Assembly: GCA_012798335.1 (NCBI GenBank)
Contig: JAAZNJ010000004.1
Location: 1-47,371 of the forward strand
DNA from: Candidatus Woesearchaeota archaeon
GTDB taxonomy: Archaea; Nanobdellota; Nanobdellia; Pacearchaeales; GW2011-AR1
DNA length: 47,371 nt
Direction: 5' to 3'
Shown here in pieces: positions 34,843-43,584 of the stretch. Every line of letters begins with the position of its first letter. The stretch's first letter is position 1. The notes beneath the pieces were generated by a model, which worked only from the letters and a program-made list of their open reading frames with translations, made no database searches and had not been told where the DNA came from. A program made the position numbers and the translations under genes.

Positions 34843-36722
34843 ATTAGGTTTACCCCTATTTCATTTTCATCTATTAATAAAACATTTTTTTGTACACTTA
34901 AAAAGTCAGTTGGAGTTTTTAAAGATTGAACATTTAATTGTATAATCTTTGAATTTCTCAATTGTGTTTCTGAGATTTCATAATCTTTAATTATCCCCCC
35001 ACCAATAGGGACATTGGACATAAGTTGATTGGGGATTTTAATTTTTGAACAACTATTTTCAGAAATGCCAAATAAGCCTTTTATTCCTGATTTTATAGGA
35101 ACACATATTTCTGTCTCTGTTTCTGGAATTGTTAAAGAAGAATTTTTATAAACTTTTACTGAAATATTATAAATTCCTTCAGAAAGATTTATTGTTTTTT
35201 CTTTAGGATAAAAGAGAGTTTTTGAATAATCATTAAAATCAAAAGAAATTAAAGCCTCTTCATTAGAAGGCCTGTTGTCTAAACTCATTTGAATATTAAG
35301 GGGATAAGTCTTTGTTAAATAGATATTTATTTCTGATTCTTGGAGAGTATTGTCTAATACAGTTCTTGATTCAAGGAAATTATTTGAATTTATTTTTACA
35401 ACACCATTCACACATTCTGGGAATAAAAAAGTAGAATTGCCTGTAGAAGAATTTCCAATATAACAATTTTCATTTATACATTCAAAATTAACACTAAAAG
35501 GAATTGGATTATTTGAATTATCATAAACATTTAAAGTCACAGGAGTAACTTTGTTAGAACAAACGTCAATAGATGAAGAACTCGTGTTTTTTGTTAAAGC
35601 AAATTTTGGTTTGTTCTTGTCTACATAAACAACAAGAGGGAACTGGAATGTTTCATCGTTCTTAGAAATTTGAACAAGAACAGGATAATTTAAAGAATAA
35701 ACAAAATGATATGGAATAAAACAAAATCCTAAAATACTTAATTCAGGAGTGTTTCCAACAGGATTAGCTATAAGTAAATCCCCTTGAGAAGGATTAACTT
35801 CTAAAAACATTGGCCAATCCATAAAAGTTAAAAATTTAACACTTCCTTTTGTTTTAAAATCTCTATAAAAATATTTATCATTTTCAGATTTAGGATTTTT
35901 GTTTTCTGAGGTTATTGATTGTATATTTGGTTCAAGAGCGTTTTTTAAATCATAATAAATTTTATTGGCATCCCAAACTTTTGGAGAACATGATATTTCA
36001 AAACCATCAACAGGAGCATAGAGTCTTAGAACATCAATTGTATAATTCTCTAATAAAAGAGTTTCTTCCTCTTGGTTGTAAACCTTCAAAGCATCATTGT
36101 ATAATAACCCTAGATTAGAAACTAAATCTGTTTTATAATGATTAATCAAAAAAGATTGATTGTTTAAACTAATATTCATATTGAATGAAGAATCAATTAT
36201 TATTTTATTATCTAAGATTTTAGGGGAAACACTAAAATCTTTAAGTGTAATCTCAAATCCTTGAGCATAATTTATAGAAAAATCACAATTTTTTACATTA
36301 GATTCTATAAATTTTTTTAATTGATCTTCCATATCTCCTTGAGAAGGAATCTGTTTTTTTTCTAATGAGGTAGAAGAAAAATAATCCCAAAAAGGAATAT
36401 TATTCCCCATAAAATTTAAGTAAGATGAAGAAGGAAAATTATAAGAACCTTTTTGATATTCAGGAAGGTAGATATAACCCCCTTGAGATTCTAAAAGATA
36501 TATACCTTTTTTTCCAAGATCTTGAATACAAGAATCAAAAGTAGTATAAACAGGTTGGATTGTTAAAGGTATACTCTCTTTTACAATATTGTTTCTAAAT
36601 AAGAAGAAGATAACAACTCCTGAAACGATTAATAAAGCAACTATAATAAAAATCGTTAATTGGCCTTTTTTAAAAAATTTTTTATCTGAATAAAAATGAA
36701 TTTTTCCCTCTTTAACTATCAT
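34839..36722 (-). CDS. Membrane-anchored extracellular hypothetical protein (627 aa), first gene of the giant-protein operon
   Basis: N-terminal TM helix LTIFIIVALLIVSGVVIFFLF. Its stop overlaps the giant ORF start (ATGA overlap at 34839-34842). Confidence 0.6.
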   Translation of the reverse strand: MIVKEGKIHFYSDKKFFKKGQLTIFIIVALLIVSGVVIFFLFRNNIVKESIPLTIQPVYTTFDSCIQDLGKKGIYLLESQGGYIYLPEYQKGSYNFPSSSYLNFMGNNIPFWDYFSSTSLEKKQIPSQGDMEDQLKKFIESNVKNCDFSINYAQGFEITLKDFSVSPKILDNKIIIDSSFNMNISLNNQSFLINHYKTDLVSNLGLLYNDALKVYNQEEETLLLENYTIDVLRLYAPVDGFEISCSPKVWDANKIYYDLKNALEPNIQSITSENKNPKSENDKYFYRDFKTKGSVKFLTFMDWPMFLEVNPSQGDLLIANPVGNTPELSILGFCFIPYHFVYSLNYPVLVQISKNDETFQFPLVVYVDKNKPKFALTKNTSSSSIDVCSNKVTPVTLNVYDNSNNPIPFSVNFECINENCYIGNSSTGNSTFLFPECVNGVVKINSNNFLESRTVLDNTLQESEINIYLTKTYPLNIQMSLDNRPSNEEALISFDFNDYSKTLFYPKEKTINLSEGIYNISVKVYKNSSLTIPETETEICVPIKSGIKGLFGISENSCSKIKIPNQLMSNVPIGGGIIKDYEISETQLRNSKIIQLNVQSLKTPTDFLSVQKNVLLIDENEIGVNLI

Positions 36723-36831
36723 TAAAAAATAAAAGAAAAGAGATATATAAATCTTATTAGAATTTAATAAGCTTTAAGAAAAAATAAGAAAATTTAAATA
36801 AAATACTTATGTGAAAAAGAAATAGATATAG

Positions 36832-36902
36832 GGCCTCATAAGCTAATGGTAGACTATGTCCTTGACGTGGACAATGCCCAAGTTCAATCCTTGGTGAGGC
36901 CA
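36832..36902 (+). tRNA. tRNA-Val (GAC)
   Basis: Acceptor stem GGCCTCA/TGAGGCC plus A73. Anticodon stem TGTCC/GGACA with loop TTGACGT. T-arm CCAAG-TTCAATC-CTTGG. The D-stem has one mismatch as I fold it. Confidence 0.75.
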
Positions 36903-36961
36903 TTAAAAAATTAAAATAATAATTTAGATTAATTTATAAAGAAAAAGAGGCAATAAAAATT

Positions 36962-37279
36962 ATGAAAAAGGTGGATAAACATACTAAATACTGCCCAAGA
37001 TGTGGCACTCCAAACGATATAAAAAATAGGTATTGTATAAAATGTGGTTATGACTTTTATGAAAACAAAAAGAAAAAATTAAAATTAAAACAGGTATTAT
37101 TAATTATTTTATCCCTTTTATTAATGTGGATTATAACAAGGATATTAGTAAACAAACCGATAATTCCTGAAATTTTACAAAGTTTGTTTCCAAAATTAAA
37201 TTCTCCAAATCTCACAGTTTTTCAAAATTTAACCAAAAATAAAAGCTTAAATATGAAATTTTTGAATTTAAGCAGATAG
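36962..37279 (+). CDS. Zinc-ribbon domain membrane protein
   Basis: CPRCGTPN...CIKCGYDF zinc ribbon followed by one TM helix (VLLIILSLLLMWIITRILV). Confidence 0.5.
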   Translation: MKKVDKHTKYCPRCGTPNDIKNRYCIKCGYDFYENKKKKLKLKQVLLIILSLLLMWIITRILVNKPIIPEILQSLFPKLNSPNLTVFQNLTKNKSLNMKFLNLSR

Positions 37280-37315
37280 AGTAATATTTAAAAAGCTTTT
37301 TCTTTTTTCATCTTT

Positions 37316-37627
37316 ATGAAAATACCCAAAACAACAAAGAGATATTGCCCTTATTGTAAAAAGAAAACTGAACAAAAGATTAAAATAGTATCAACAGGAT
37401 CAAAAAGAGGAACTCTCACTAGGGGTAGTATTAGTAGAGCTAAATTAAGAGGGTTAGGTAGGGGTATAGGAAACAAAGGGAAATGGGGTTCAAAACCTGC
37501 TGTTTCAAAATTCAAAAGAAAAACAAAAACAAATAAAAAAAGAAATATTATGTACACTTGTACTGTCTGTGGAAAATCAAAATATCAAAAAAAAGGACAC
37601 AGAACAAGTAAAGTAATTCAAGAATAA
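37316..37627 (+). CDS. rpl44e: 50S ribosomal protein L44e (eL42)
   Basis: MKIPKTTKRYCPYCKKKTEQK...YTCTVCGKS is the four-Cys ribbon pattern of L44e, and the composition is basic. Confidence 0.8.
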   Translation: MKIPKTTKRYCPYCKKKTEQKIKIVSTGSKRGTLTRGSISRAKLRGLGRGIGNKGKWGSKPAVSKFKRKTKTNKKRNIMYTCTVCGKSKYQKKGHRTSKVIQE

Positions 37628-37628
37628 A

Positions 37629-38165
37629 ATGGCACAAGAAAAAAAGAAACAAAAATTTTTTGAGGTTGAAATTCCAATAATCAACAAAAAAACAGAATTG
37701 TATGCTTATGATCAAAAAGAATTAGAAAATAAGTATATAAAATATGATTTAACAAGAATGATGAGAGGAAAAGGATTATTATTAACCTTAAAAGTTAAGT
37801 TAAAAGATGGAAAACTTGTTTCTTATCCAAAAAAAATGGTTATACTTCCTTATTTTATAAGAAGGGTTGTTAAAAAAGGAACAAACTATGTTGAAGATTC
37901 ATTTATAGCAAAAACAAAAGATAATGAAGTTATTCTTAAACCATTTTTAGTTACAAGAAGAAAAGTTTCAAGAAATATAAGAAAAAGTTTAAGAAACAAA
38001 TGTAAAGAAGAATTGTTAGATTATGTTAAAGATAAAAATTCTGAAGCTTTATTTGAGGATTTATTAAAAGGACAACTTCAAAGAAATTTGAGTCAAAAAT
38101 TAAAAAAGATTTATCCATTATCTTTCTGTGATATAAGAATCTTAGAAATGAAAAATAAAGATTAA
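37629..38165 (+). CDS. rps3ae: 30S ribosomal protein S3Ae (eS1), divergent
   Basis: Starts 1 nt after rpl44e. Length is ~178 aa. It ends in the KKIYPL...IRILE pattern and has the mid-region ..TKDN..L.PFLVT.RK typical of eS1. Confidence 0.6.
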   Translation: MAQEKKKQKFFEVEIPIINKKTELYAYDQKELENKYIKYDLTRMMRGKGLLLTLKVKLKDGKLVSYPKKMVILPYFIRRVVKKGTNYVEDSFIAKTKDNEVILKPFLVTRRKVSRNIRKSLRNKCKEELLDYVKDKNSEALFEDLLKGQLQRNLSQKLKKIYPLSFCDIRILEMKNKD

Positions 38166-38200
38166 ATTTTTAAAGAATTAACTTTTCTAAAGAATATTAT

Positions 38201-38272
38201 GCCTGTATAGCTCAGTGGCAGAGCATCTGCCTTGTAAGCAGAGGGTCGGGGGTTCAAATCCCTCTACAGGCT
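38201..38272 (+). tRNA. tRNA-Thr (TGT)
   Basis: Acceptor stem GCCTGTA/TACAGGC plus T73, D-arm GCTC/GAGC, anticodon stem TCTGC/GCAGA with loop CTTGTAA, T-arm GGGGG-TTCAAAT-CCCTC. Confidence 0.85.
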
Positions 38273-38333
38273 TTACTCTTCAATTTTGTTATTATACCCA
38301 AACTATTTTAAAGTCTTTTTGTATATATTTCAT

Positions 38334-39191
38334 ATGGGTTTTAAAGATTTAATTAAAAATGTTGGAGATAATTTATCAAAGAGTATTCAATCAAAAAAGA
38401 TTAATGATGAAATGATTAAGAAAGCTGTGAATATTAAAAAGAAAGTCTTAATCAATCTATCTTTAACTGAACTCAAAGAGGTAGCTTATTTATTAGGAAT
38501 GGGAAATTTGGAAGTTGTTGAAGATTATGACTTAGAAAAAGGATTTGTAAAAAAAAGGATTAAGTTAGATAAATCAGATTATATTGAAAAAATAGCAAAT
38601 AAACCCGCAGATGAGGTTTGTTTAAAATTAAGATATATAAAAAAGACTAATTTAGCAGATGAGATTGAAAGGGAAGTCGATTTTATTAAAAAAGATGCTG
38701 ATAAAAAAATAAAGGCTTTATATCAAAAGAATAATAAAGAAGAAACTGAACAAGAAGATATGATTTTCTCAAATATTTTGGAAGGAATAATAAACGAGAT
38801 TATTTCAGTAAGACCAGAAATTCACAAAAATGAAAAGGGTTATCAGACTGAATTATTGGGAACATTAAAGGGAGCTTTGCCAAAGATATTCAAAAAACAA
38901 AAAATTAGTTTAGTTACAGAGTATAAACTAAAAACTAATAAAAGATTAGATATCTTAATTCAAGTCGATAGTTATAAGATTGCAATAGAAACTAAATATA
39001 ATCTTAGTCCTTCTGGAAGCTTCCAAAGAGCTGTTGGTCAAATTTTAGAATATTCTAATTTTGTAGATGCAGTGATATTAGTCCAATATGAATCCTTAGA
39101 CAATGAGACTGGTCTTGAAAATATTAAAGAATTAAAAAATTTGATTAAAAAACCGTTAAAGGTTATTGCGAATGGGGTTATTCTTACTTAA
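38334..39191 (+). CDS. Hypothetical protein with a C-terminal PD-(D/E)xK nuclease-like motif
   Basis: The track start (TTG at 38286) lies 14 nt after tRNA-Thr, so the first ATG at 38334 is preferred. The C-terminus KRLDILIQVDSYKIAIETKYN gives D-x12-E-x-K in a beta-strand-like context. Confidence 0.45.
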   Translation: MGFKDLIKNVGDNLSKSIQSKKINDEMIKKAVNIKKKVLINLSLTELKEVAYLLGMGNLEVVEDYDLEKGFVKKRIKLDKSDYIEKIANKPADEVCLKLRYIKKTNLADEIEREVDFIKKDADKKIKALYQKNNKEETEQEDMIFSNILEGIINEIISVRPEIHKNEKGYQTELLGTLKGALPKIFKKQKISLVTEYKLKTNKRLDILIQVDSYKIAIETKYNLSPSGSFQRAVGQILEYSNFVDAVILVQYESLDNETGLENIKELKNLIKKPLKVIANGVILT

Positions 39192-39251
39192 ATTATAGTT
39201 CTAGTTTAACAATATTTTTTAAATTTTTAAAAAGATTAAATCTGAAAAAAT

Positions 39252-39800
39252 TTACTCTTCAATTTCTTCTGCTTTATTATCTTCTATAAGAATTTTAGCA
39301 ATCTCTTTTGGAAGATTAGCTATTTGTCCTTTTTCATAAGGCCCCATTTTCTCACCTTCAAGCCCAATAAATTCACCAACATTATCTTTAAAGAGAATTA
39401 GTTTATTTTTTGGGTCAGAAGAAGTCCCATTTAATAAATCATTAATATACTTATCAGATTCTTCTAAGGATTTCATTAATTCATCAAATAAATTTTTTTC
39501 AAAGTTTAACATATTTTCAAAATCTTGTTTAGAAATTCCTGTTTCAGAAGCTATTAAAACGAGATTCAAAATTTTTTTCTTTCTTCTCAAAAGTAATTCT
39601 TTAAATAAGGTTACAGCATTCTCTAATTGTTTTTTTGTTTTAATAGAACTTTCTGAAAGAGATTCTTCTCTTTCCAAATAATCCTCCTTTTCTTTTAAAT
39701 AAAAAGCTACTTCATTAACAAAATTTTTTGGAAGAGGTTGCAATTGTTCAGAATATCTTTCCTTTTTTGAAGCTTCATAAATATCATTATAAGTAATCAT
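39252..39800 (-). CDS. GINS complex subunit (Gins51/Gins15-type)
   Basis: N-terminal A-domain pattern YNDIYEASKKERYSEQLQPLPKNFVNEVAFYL...LRRKKKILNLVLIAS, plus a small C-terminal B-domain. Confidence 0.65.
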   Translation of the reverse strand: MITYNDIYEASKKERYSEQLQPLPKNFVNEVAFYLKEKEDYLEREESLSESSIKTKKQLENAVTLFKELLLRRKKKILNLVLIASETGISKQDFENMLNFEKNLFDELMKSLEESDKYINDLLNGTSSDPKNKLILFKDNVGEFIGLEGEKMGPYEKGQIANLPKEIAKILIEDNKAEEIEE

Positions 39801-39851
39801 AAAATAAAGATGGATTAGTAATTTTTAATAGTTACTATTCTTAGATTTTTA

Positions 39852-41117
39852 CTATTTTAAAAAATTAGTTTTTTGAAATAATTCTTTTCCTGTTTCTATT
39901 CTTCCTAATTCTCCTTTTTTAGAATCTTTTTCATTGAATCTTTTTTCTTTTATTTCAGAATAATCCCCTTTGTAAAACAAGACAGGAACAGGATCAGCAG
40001 AATGTGCTTTATTTTTACAAGGAGTAGAATGATCACAAGTAATTAAAACTTTAATATGATTTGGAAATACTATCTTATTTATATAAGAAAAAAGCATCTT
40101 ATCAATAAATTCTATCATTTGAATTTTTTCAAATGGCTTATTATCATGCCCAGGAATATCTGTTTCTTTAATATGGATATAGAGAAAATCTGCTTTTTTC
40201 AGATTTTTTTTCAATATCCAATTAGAAAATTTACATGCTTTTCTTAAACCTTCATAAAGATTAGCATAAACATCAATGTTTTTTAATTCAGGATAATTAA
40301 AATTATAAGTTTTCATTCCTGAAACTTTTGAAAAACCTATTTCAAGAGGCATATATGCTGCTGAAACCCATTTTCTATAAAATTTTAATTTTGGAGGTTC
40401 TATTCCTGGACCTCTTACAAGAATGAAATTAGCAGGTAAAAGTCCTTTCCTTATTCTTTCAAGATTAATAGGGTGATTTTTTAAAACATTATAGGCCTTT
40501 TCTAAAAATTCATTAACAACATTTGCAGAATATTGAGAATTTTCTTCATCATCAAGAGGTTTGCATCTTGATATTTTATCTGATGAAACAGTTCTACCTT
40601 GAGAATAAATACTTGTATCATTTCCTGAGATGTTATCAGAAAAACCTCCTTTAAAAATCAGACTAGCCCTATGACCAACACTTATCTTAAATATAAAATT
40701 ACAAGGAAGTTTAACTTGTTTGTTTATTGCTTTTTCTAAAATCTCTGCTTCAGAAGTTGATAAAGTTCTTCCTGCTCTTCTATCCATAATATTCCCTGAT
40801 TCAAGAGAATCAATTGTTGCAAAATTAGCTCTTAACACCAAATCTCCTCTCATTGGCTTAAAACCTAAACCTCTAGCTTCTAATTGGCCCCTAGTACTTG
40901 AAATTAAATCATTCCCAAATATAGAAACAATAGCTTCATCAGATTCAGGTATAAATCCTGGCCTTACAGAATACATATACCCTAATTCGCTTCTTGAAGC
41001 AAGAAAGTCTAAATTAGGAGTTTTAGCTGCTTCTAATGGAGTTTTATTATCTAATCTCTCATTAGCTAAATCTGCAGCACCATCCAAGATTATAAGTATG
41101 CCTTTCATAAAAATCAA
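39852..41117 (-). CDS. apgM: 2,3-bisphosphoglycerate-independent phosphoglycerate mutase, archaeal type
   Basis: GILIILDGAADL...TPLEAAKTPNLDFLA, DIPGHDN and CDHSTP metal/phosphoserine-region motifs. An alternative start is at 41108 (MKGIL). Confidence 0.8.
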   Translation of the reverse strand: MIFMKGILIILDGAADLANERLDNKTPLEAAKTPNLDFLASRSELGYMYSVRPGFIPESDEAIVSIFGNDLISSTRGQLEARGLGFKPMRGDLVLRANFATIDSLESGNIMDRRAGRTLSTSEAEILEKAINKQVKLPCNFIFKISVGHRASLIFKGGFSDNISGNDTSIYSQGRTVSSDKISRCKPLDDEENSQYSANVVNEFLEKAYNVLKNHPINLERIRKGLLPANFILVRGPGIEPPKLKFYRKWVSAAYMPLEIGFSKVSGMKTYNFNYPELKNIDVYANLYEGLRKACKFSNWILKKNLKKADFLYIHIKETDIPGHDNKPFEKIQMIEFIDKMLFSYINKIVFPNHIKVLITCDHSTPCKNKAHSADPVPVLFYKGDYSEIKEKRFNEKDSKKGELGRIETGKELFQKTNFLK

Positions 41118-41209
41118 AGAACTTAATTCTTTATAAAAATTTATATTCCCTCAAGAACTATAAAAATATTAGAAAAGAATAAAAGATTAAGAGATTATAG
41201 ATAATTGAA

Positions 41210-42358
41210 ATGTTCAAATTTTTAAAAGAAAAATTAGGGAATTGGGCAAAAAATTTTGCAAAAGAGAAAGAGGAATCTGAAGAAATTCAAGAAGAAGATA
41301 AAATAGTTAAGAAAGAAAGAAAAGATAAAAAAGAGAAGGTTAAGAAAAAGAAAGAAAAGATAAAAAACAAAGAAAAAACATTAGGAAAAACAGAAAAACA
41401 AGAAGAACAAAAACAAAAGGAAATTGAAAAAAGAATTGAAGAAAATATTCAAGAAGAAGTTAAAGAAGAAAATTTTAAGAAAAAGAGTTTTTTTGAAAAG
41501 ATAGGATTAGTTAATAGAAAAGTAAAAATCTCTGAAAAAGAGTTTGAAAAATATAAAGAAGAATTAGAATTTATTCTTTTAGAGAATAATGTGGCTTTAG
41601 AAGTTGTAGATAAAATACTCAAAGAACTTGAGGAGGATATATCTAATAAAGAAATAGCAATAAAAGAAATTGAAAATGAAATTAGAAACTCTTTAAAAAA
41701 GATAATAGAAGAGATTTTGATTCAAGGACAAGATCTCTTAAAAGAAATAAAAAATAAAGATAAAAAACCCTATGTTGTTTTATTCTGCGGGATAAATGGG
41801 AGTGGAAAAACAACAACAATTGCAAAAATCGCTAATTATCTAAAAGAAAATAAAATTTCTTGCGTTATAGCTGCAGGAGATACATTTAGAGCAGCTTCAA
41901 TTGAACAATTAGAAAAACATGCTGAAAAACTAAATCTAAAAGTTATAAAACATGAATATGGCGCAGATCCTGCTGCAGTAGGTTTTGATACAATAAAATA
42001 TGCTGAAAGAAATAATATTGATTGTGCATTAATAGATACAGCAGGGAGAATGCACACTCAAAAAAATCTGTTAAGGGAAATGGAAAAAATAGTAAAAGTT
42101 TGTAAACCAGATAAGAAAATATTTGTTGGTGAGAGTATAACTGGAAATGATTCTGTTGAACAAATAAAAAGTTTTGATGAAATTATAAGGATTGATGGGA
42201 TTATATTAACAAAGGCAGACATTGATGAAAAAGGTGGGACAGCCCTTTCTCTTGGGTATATAACAAAAAAACCAATTTTCTATTTAGGAACAGGCCAAGA
42301 GTATAAAGATATAGAGCCATTTGATAAAAAAAAGTTTATTGAAAAATTAGGTTTATAA
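41210..42358 (+). CDS. ftsY: Signal recognition particle receptor FtsY
   Basis: K/E-rich N-terminal A-domain, then the NG domain: GINGSGKTTTIAKIA, DTAGR, LTKADID, GTGQ. Confidence 0.9.
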   Translation: MFKFLKEKLGNWAKNFAKEKEESEEIQEEDKIVKKERKDKKEKVKKKKEKIKNKEKTLGKTEKQEEQKQKEIEKRIEENIQEEVKEENFKKKSFFEKIGLVNRKVKISEKEFEKYKEELEFILLENNVALEVVDKILKELEEDISNKEIAIKEIENEIRNSLKKIIEEILIQGQDLLKEIKNKDKKPYVVLFCGINGSGKTTTIAKIANYLKENKISCVIAAGDTFRAASIEQLEKHAEKLNLKVIKHEYGADPAAVGFDTIKYAERNNIDCALIDTAGRMHTQKNLLREMEKIVKVCKPDKKIFVGESITGNDSVEQIKSFDEIIRIDGIILTKADIDEKGGTALSLGYITKKPIFYLGTGQEYKDIEPFDKKKFIEKLGL

Positions 42359-42415
42359 AAGAATAAATTAAGATGAATTCTCAAATTTTAAATACCCTCA
42401 ATTAATTCTATTTTT

Positions 42416-43543
42416 ATGACTTTTAAAATAATTTATGAAGATAAGAAAACAAAAGCACGTATTGGAAAACTAAAAACTAAAAGTGGAACAGCTGAAACCC
42501 CTTTTTTTATGCCTGTTGCAACAAGAGCAGCAACAAAAGGTATAACAGTAGAAGAACTCTATAAAATGGGTGTTCAAACAACAATTTCCAATGCTCTTAT
42601 CTTGTACTTAAGGCAAGGTTCTGAAATAATAAAAAAAGCAGGAGGCATAAAAAAATTCATGAATTGGAAAGGTTTGAATTTTACTGATTGTGGGGGTTTT
42701 CAAATGTATTCTAAAAATATTTATTTGTCTTCTTCAGACAAAGGGGTTTTATTTAAAAATCCTATAAATGGTGAAAAACTTTTTATAACTCCTGAAAAAG
42801 ACATGGAAATTCAATTAGATATTGGGAGTGATGTTGCAATGTCTTTAGATTCTATGCCTCTATATAATCATACAAAAAAACAGATTATGGAAGCAGGAGA
42901 AAAAACAAAGGCTTGGGCAAAAAGATGTAAAATACATCATGATAATTTACAAAAAGAAATTCCAAAAAACAAAAAACAATTATTATTTGGGATAATACAA
43001 GGGGGTATCTATGAAGATTTAAGAGAAGACCAAACAAAAAGTTTAATGCAATTGGATTTTGATGGTTATTCAATCGGGGGTTTTGGTTTAGGTGAAACAA
43101 TTGAAGAAGAGTTTAATGCAGTAAAAGTTGTAAAAAATATTTTACCAAAAGAAAAACCAGTTTATCTTATGGGCATAGGTACGCCAATAGAGATTCTAAA
43201 AGGGATAGAGTTAGGAGTAGATGTATTTGATTCAAGGATGCCAACACAAAGTGCAAGAAGAGGAACATTATTTACTTGGAAAGGAAAAATTAAAATTTTA
43301 AATGAAAAATATAAATTTGATTATACTAGCTTAGATGAAGAATGTGATTGTTTTGTTTGTAAAAATTATACTAAAGCTTTTTTAAGGTATCAACTTATAA
43401 ATAATGAACCATTAGGCCAAAGACTGGCTATGTATCATAATGTTTATTTCTTAACCAAATTAATAGAAAAAGCAAAAGAACAGATAAAAAAGAATAAATT
43501 TAAAGAATTTAAAGAAAAATTTGAAAAAGATTACAAAAACTAA
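42416..43543 (+). CDS. tgtA: tRNA-guanine transglycosylase, catalytic domain only (archaeosine TGT-like, 375 aa)
   Basis: TPFFMPVAT, DCGGFQ, GGFGLGE, YLMGIG, and the zinc site CDCFVCKNY...H. No C-terminal C1/C2/PUA extension. Confidence 0.8.
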   Translation: MTFKIIYEDKKTKARIGKLKTKSGTAETPFFMPVATRAATKGITVEELYKMGVQTTISNALILYLRQGSEIIKKAGGIKKFMNWKGLNFTDCGGFQMYSKNIYLSSSDKGVLFKNPINGEKLFITPEKDMEIQLDIGSDVAMSLDSMPLYNHTKKQIMEAGEKTKAWAKRCKIHHDNLQKEIPKNKKQLLFGIIQGGIYEDLREDQTKSLMQLDFDGYSIGGFGLGETIEEEFNAVKVVKNILPKEKPVYLMGIGTPIEILKGIELGVDVFDSRMPTQSARRGTLFTWKGKIKILNEKYKFDYTSLDEECDCFVCKNYTKAFLRYQLINNEPLGQRLAMYHNVYFLTKLIEKAKEQIKKNKFKEFKEKFEKDYKN

Positions 43544-43584
43544 AATACCCAAAATTTAATAACCTTTAAAATACTTTTAAGAAG

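Noticed and set aside
38286-38333. TTG start of the 301-aa ORF
   Set aside because: It begins 14 nt after tRNA-Thr and its first 16 residues are hydrophobic filler. The ATG at 38334 is more plausible.
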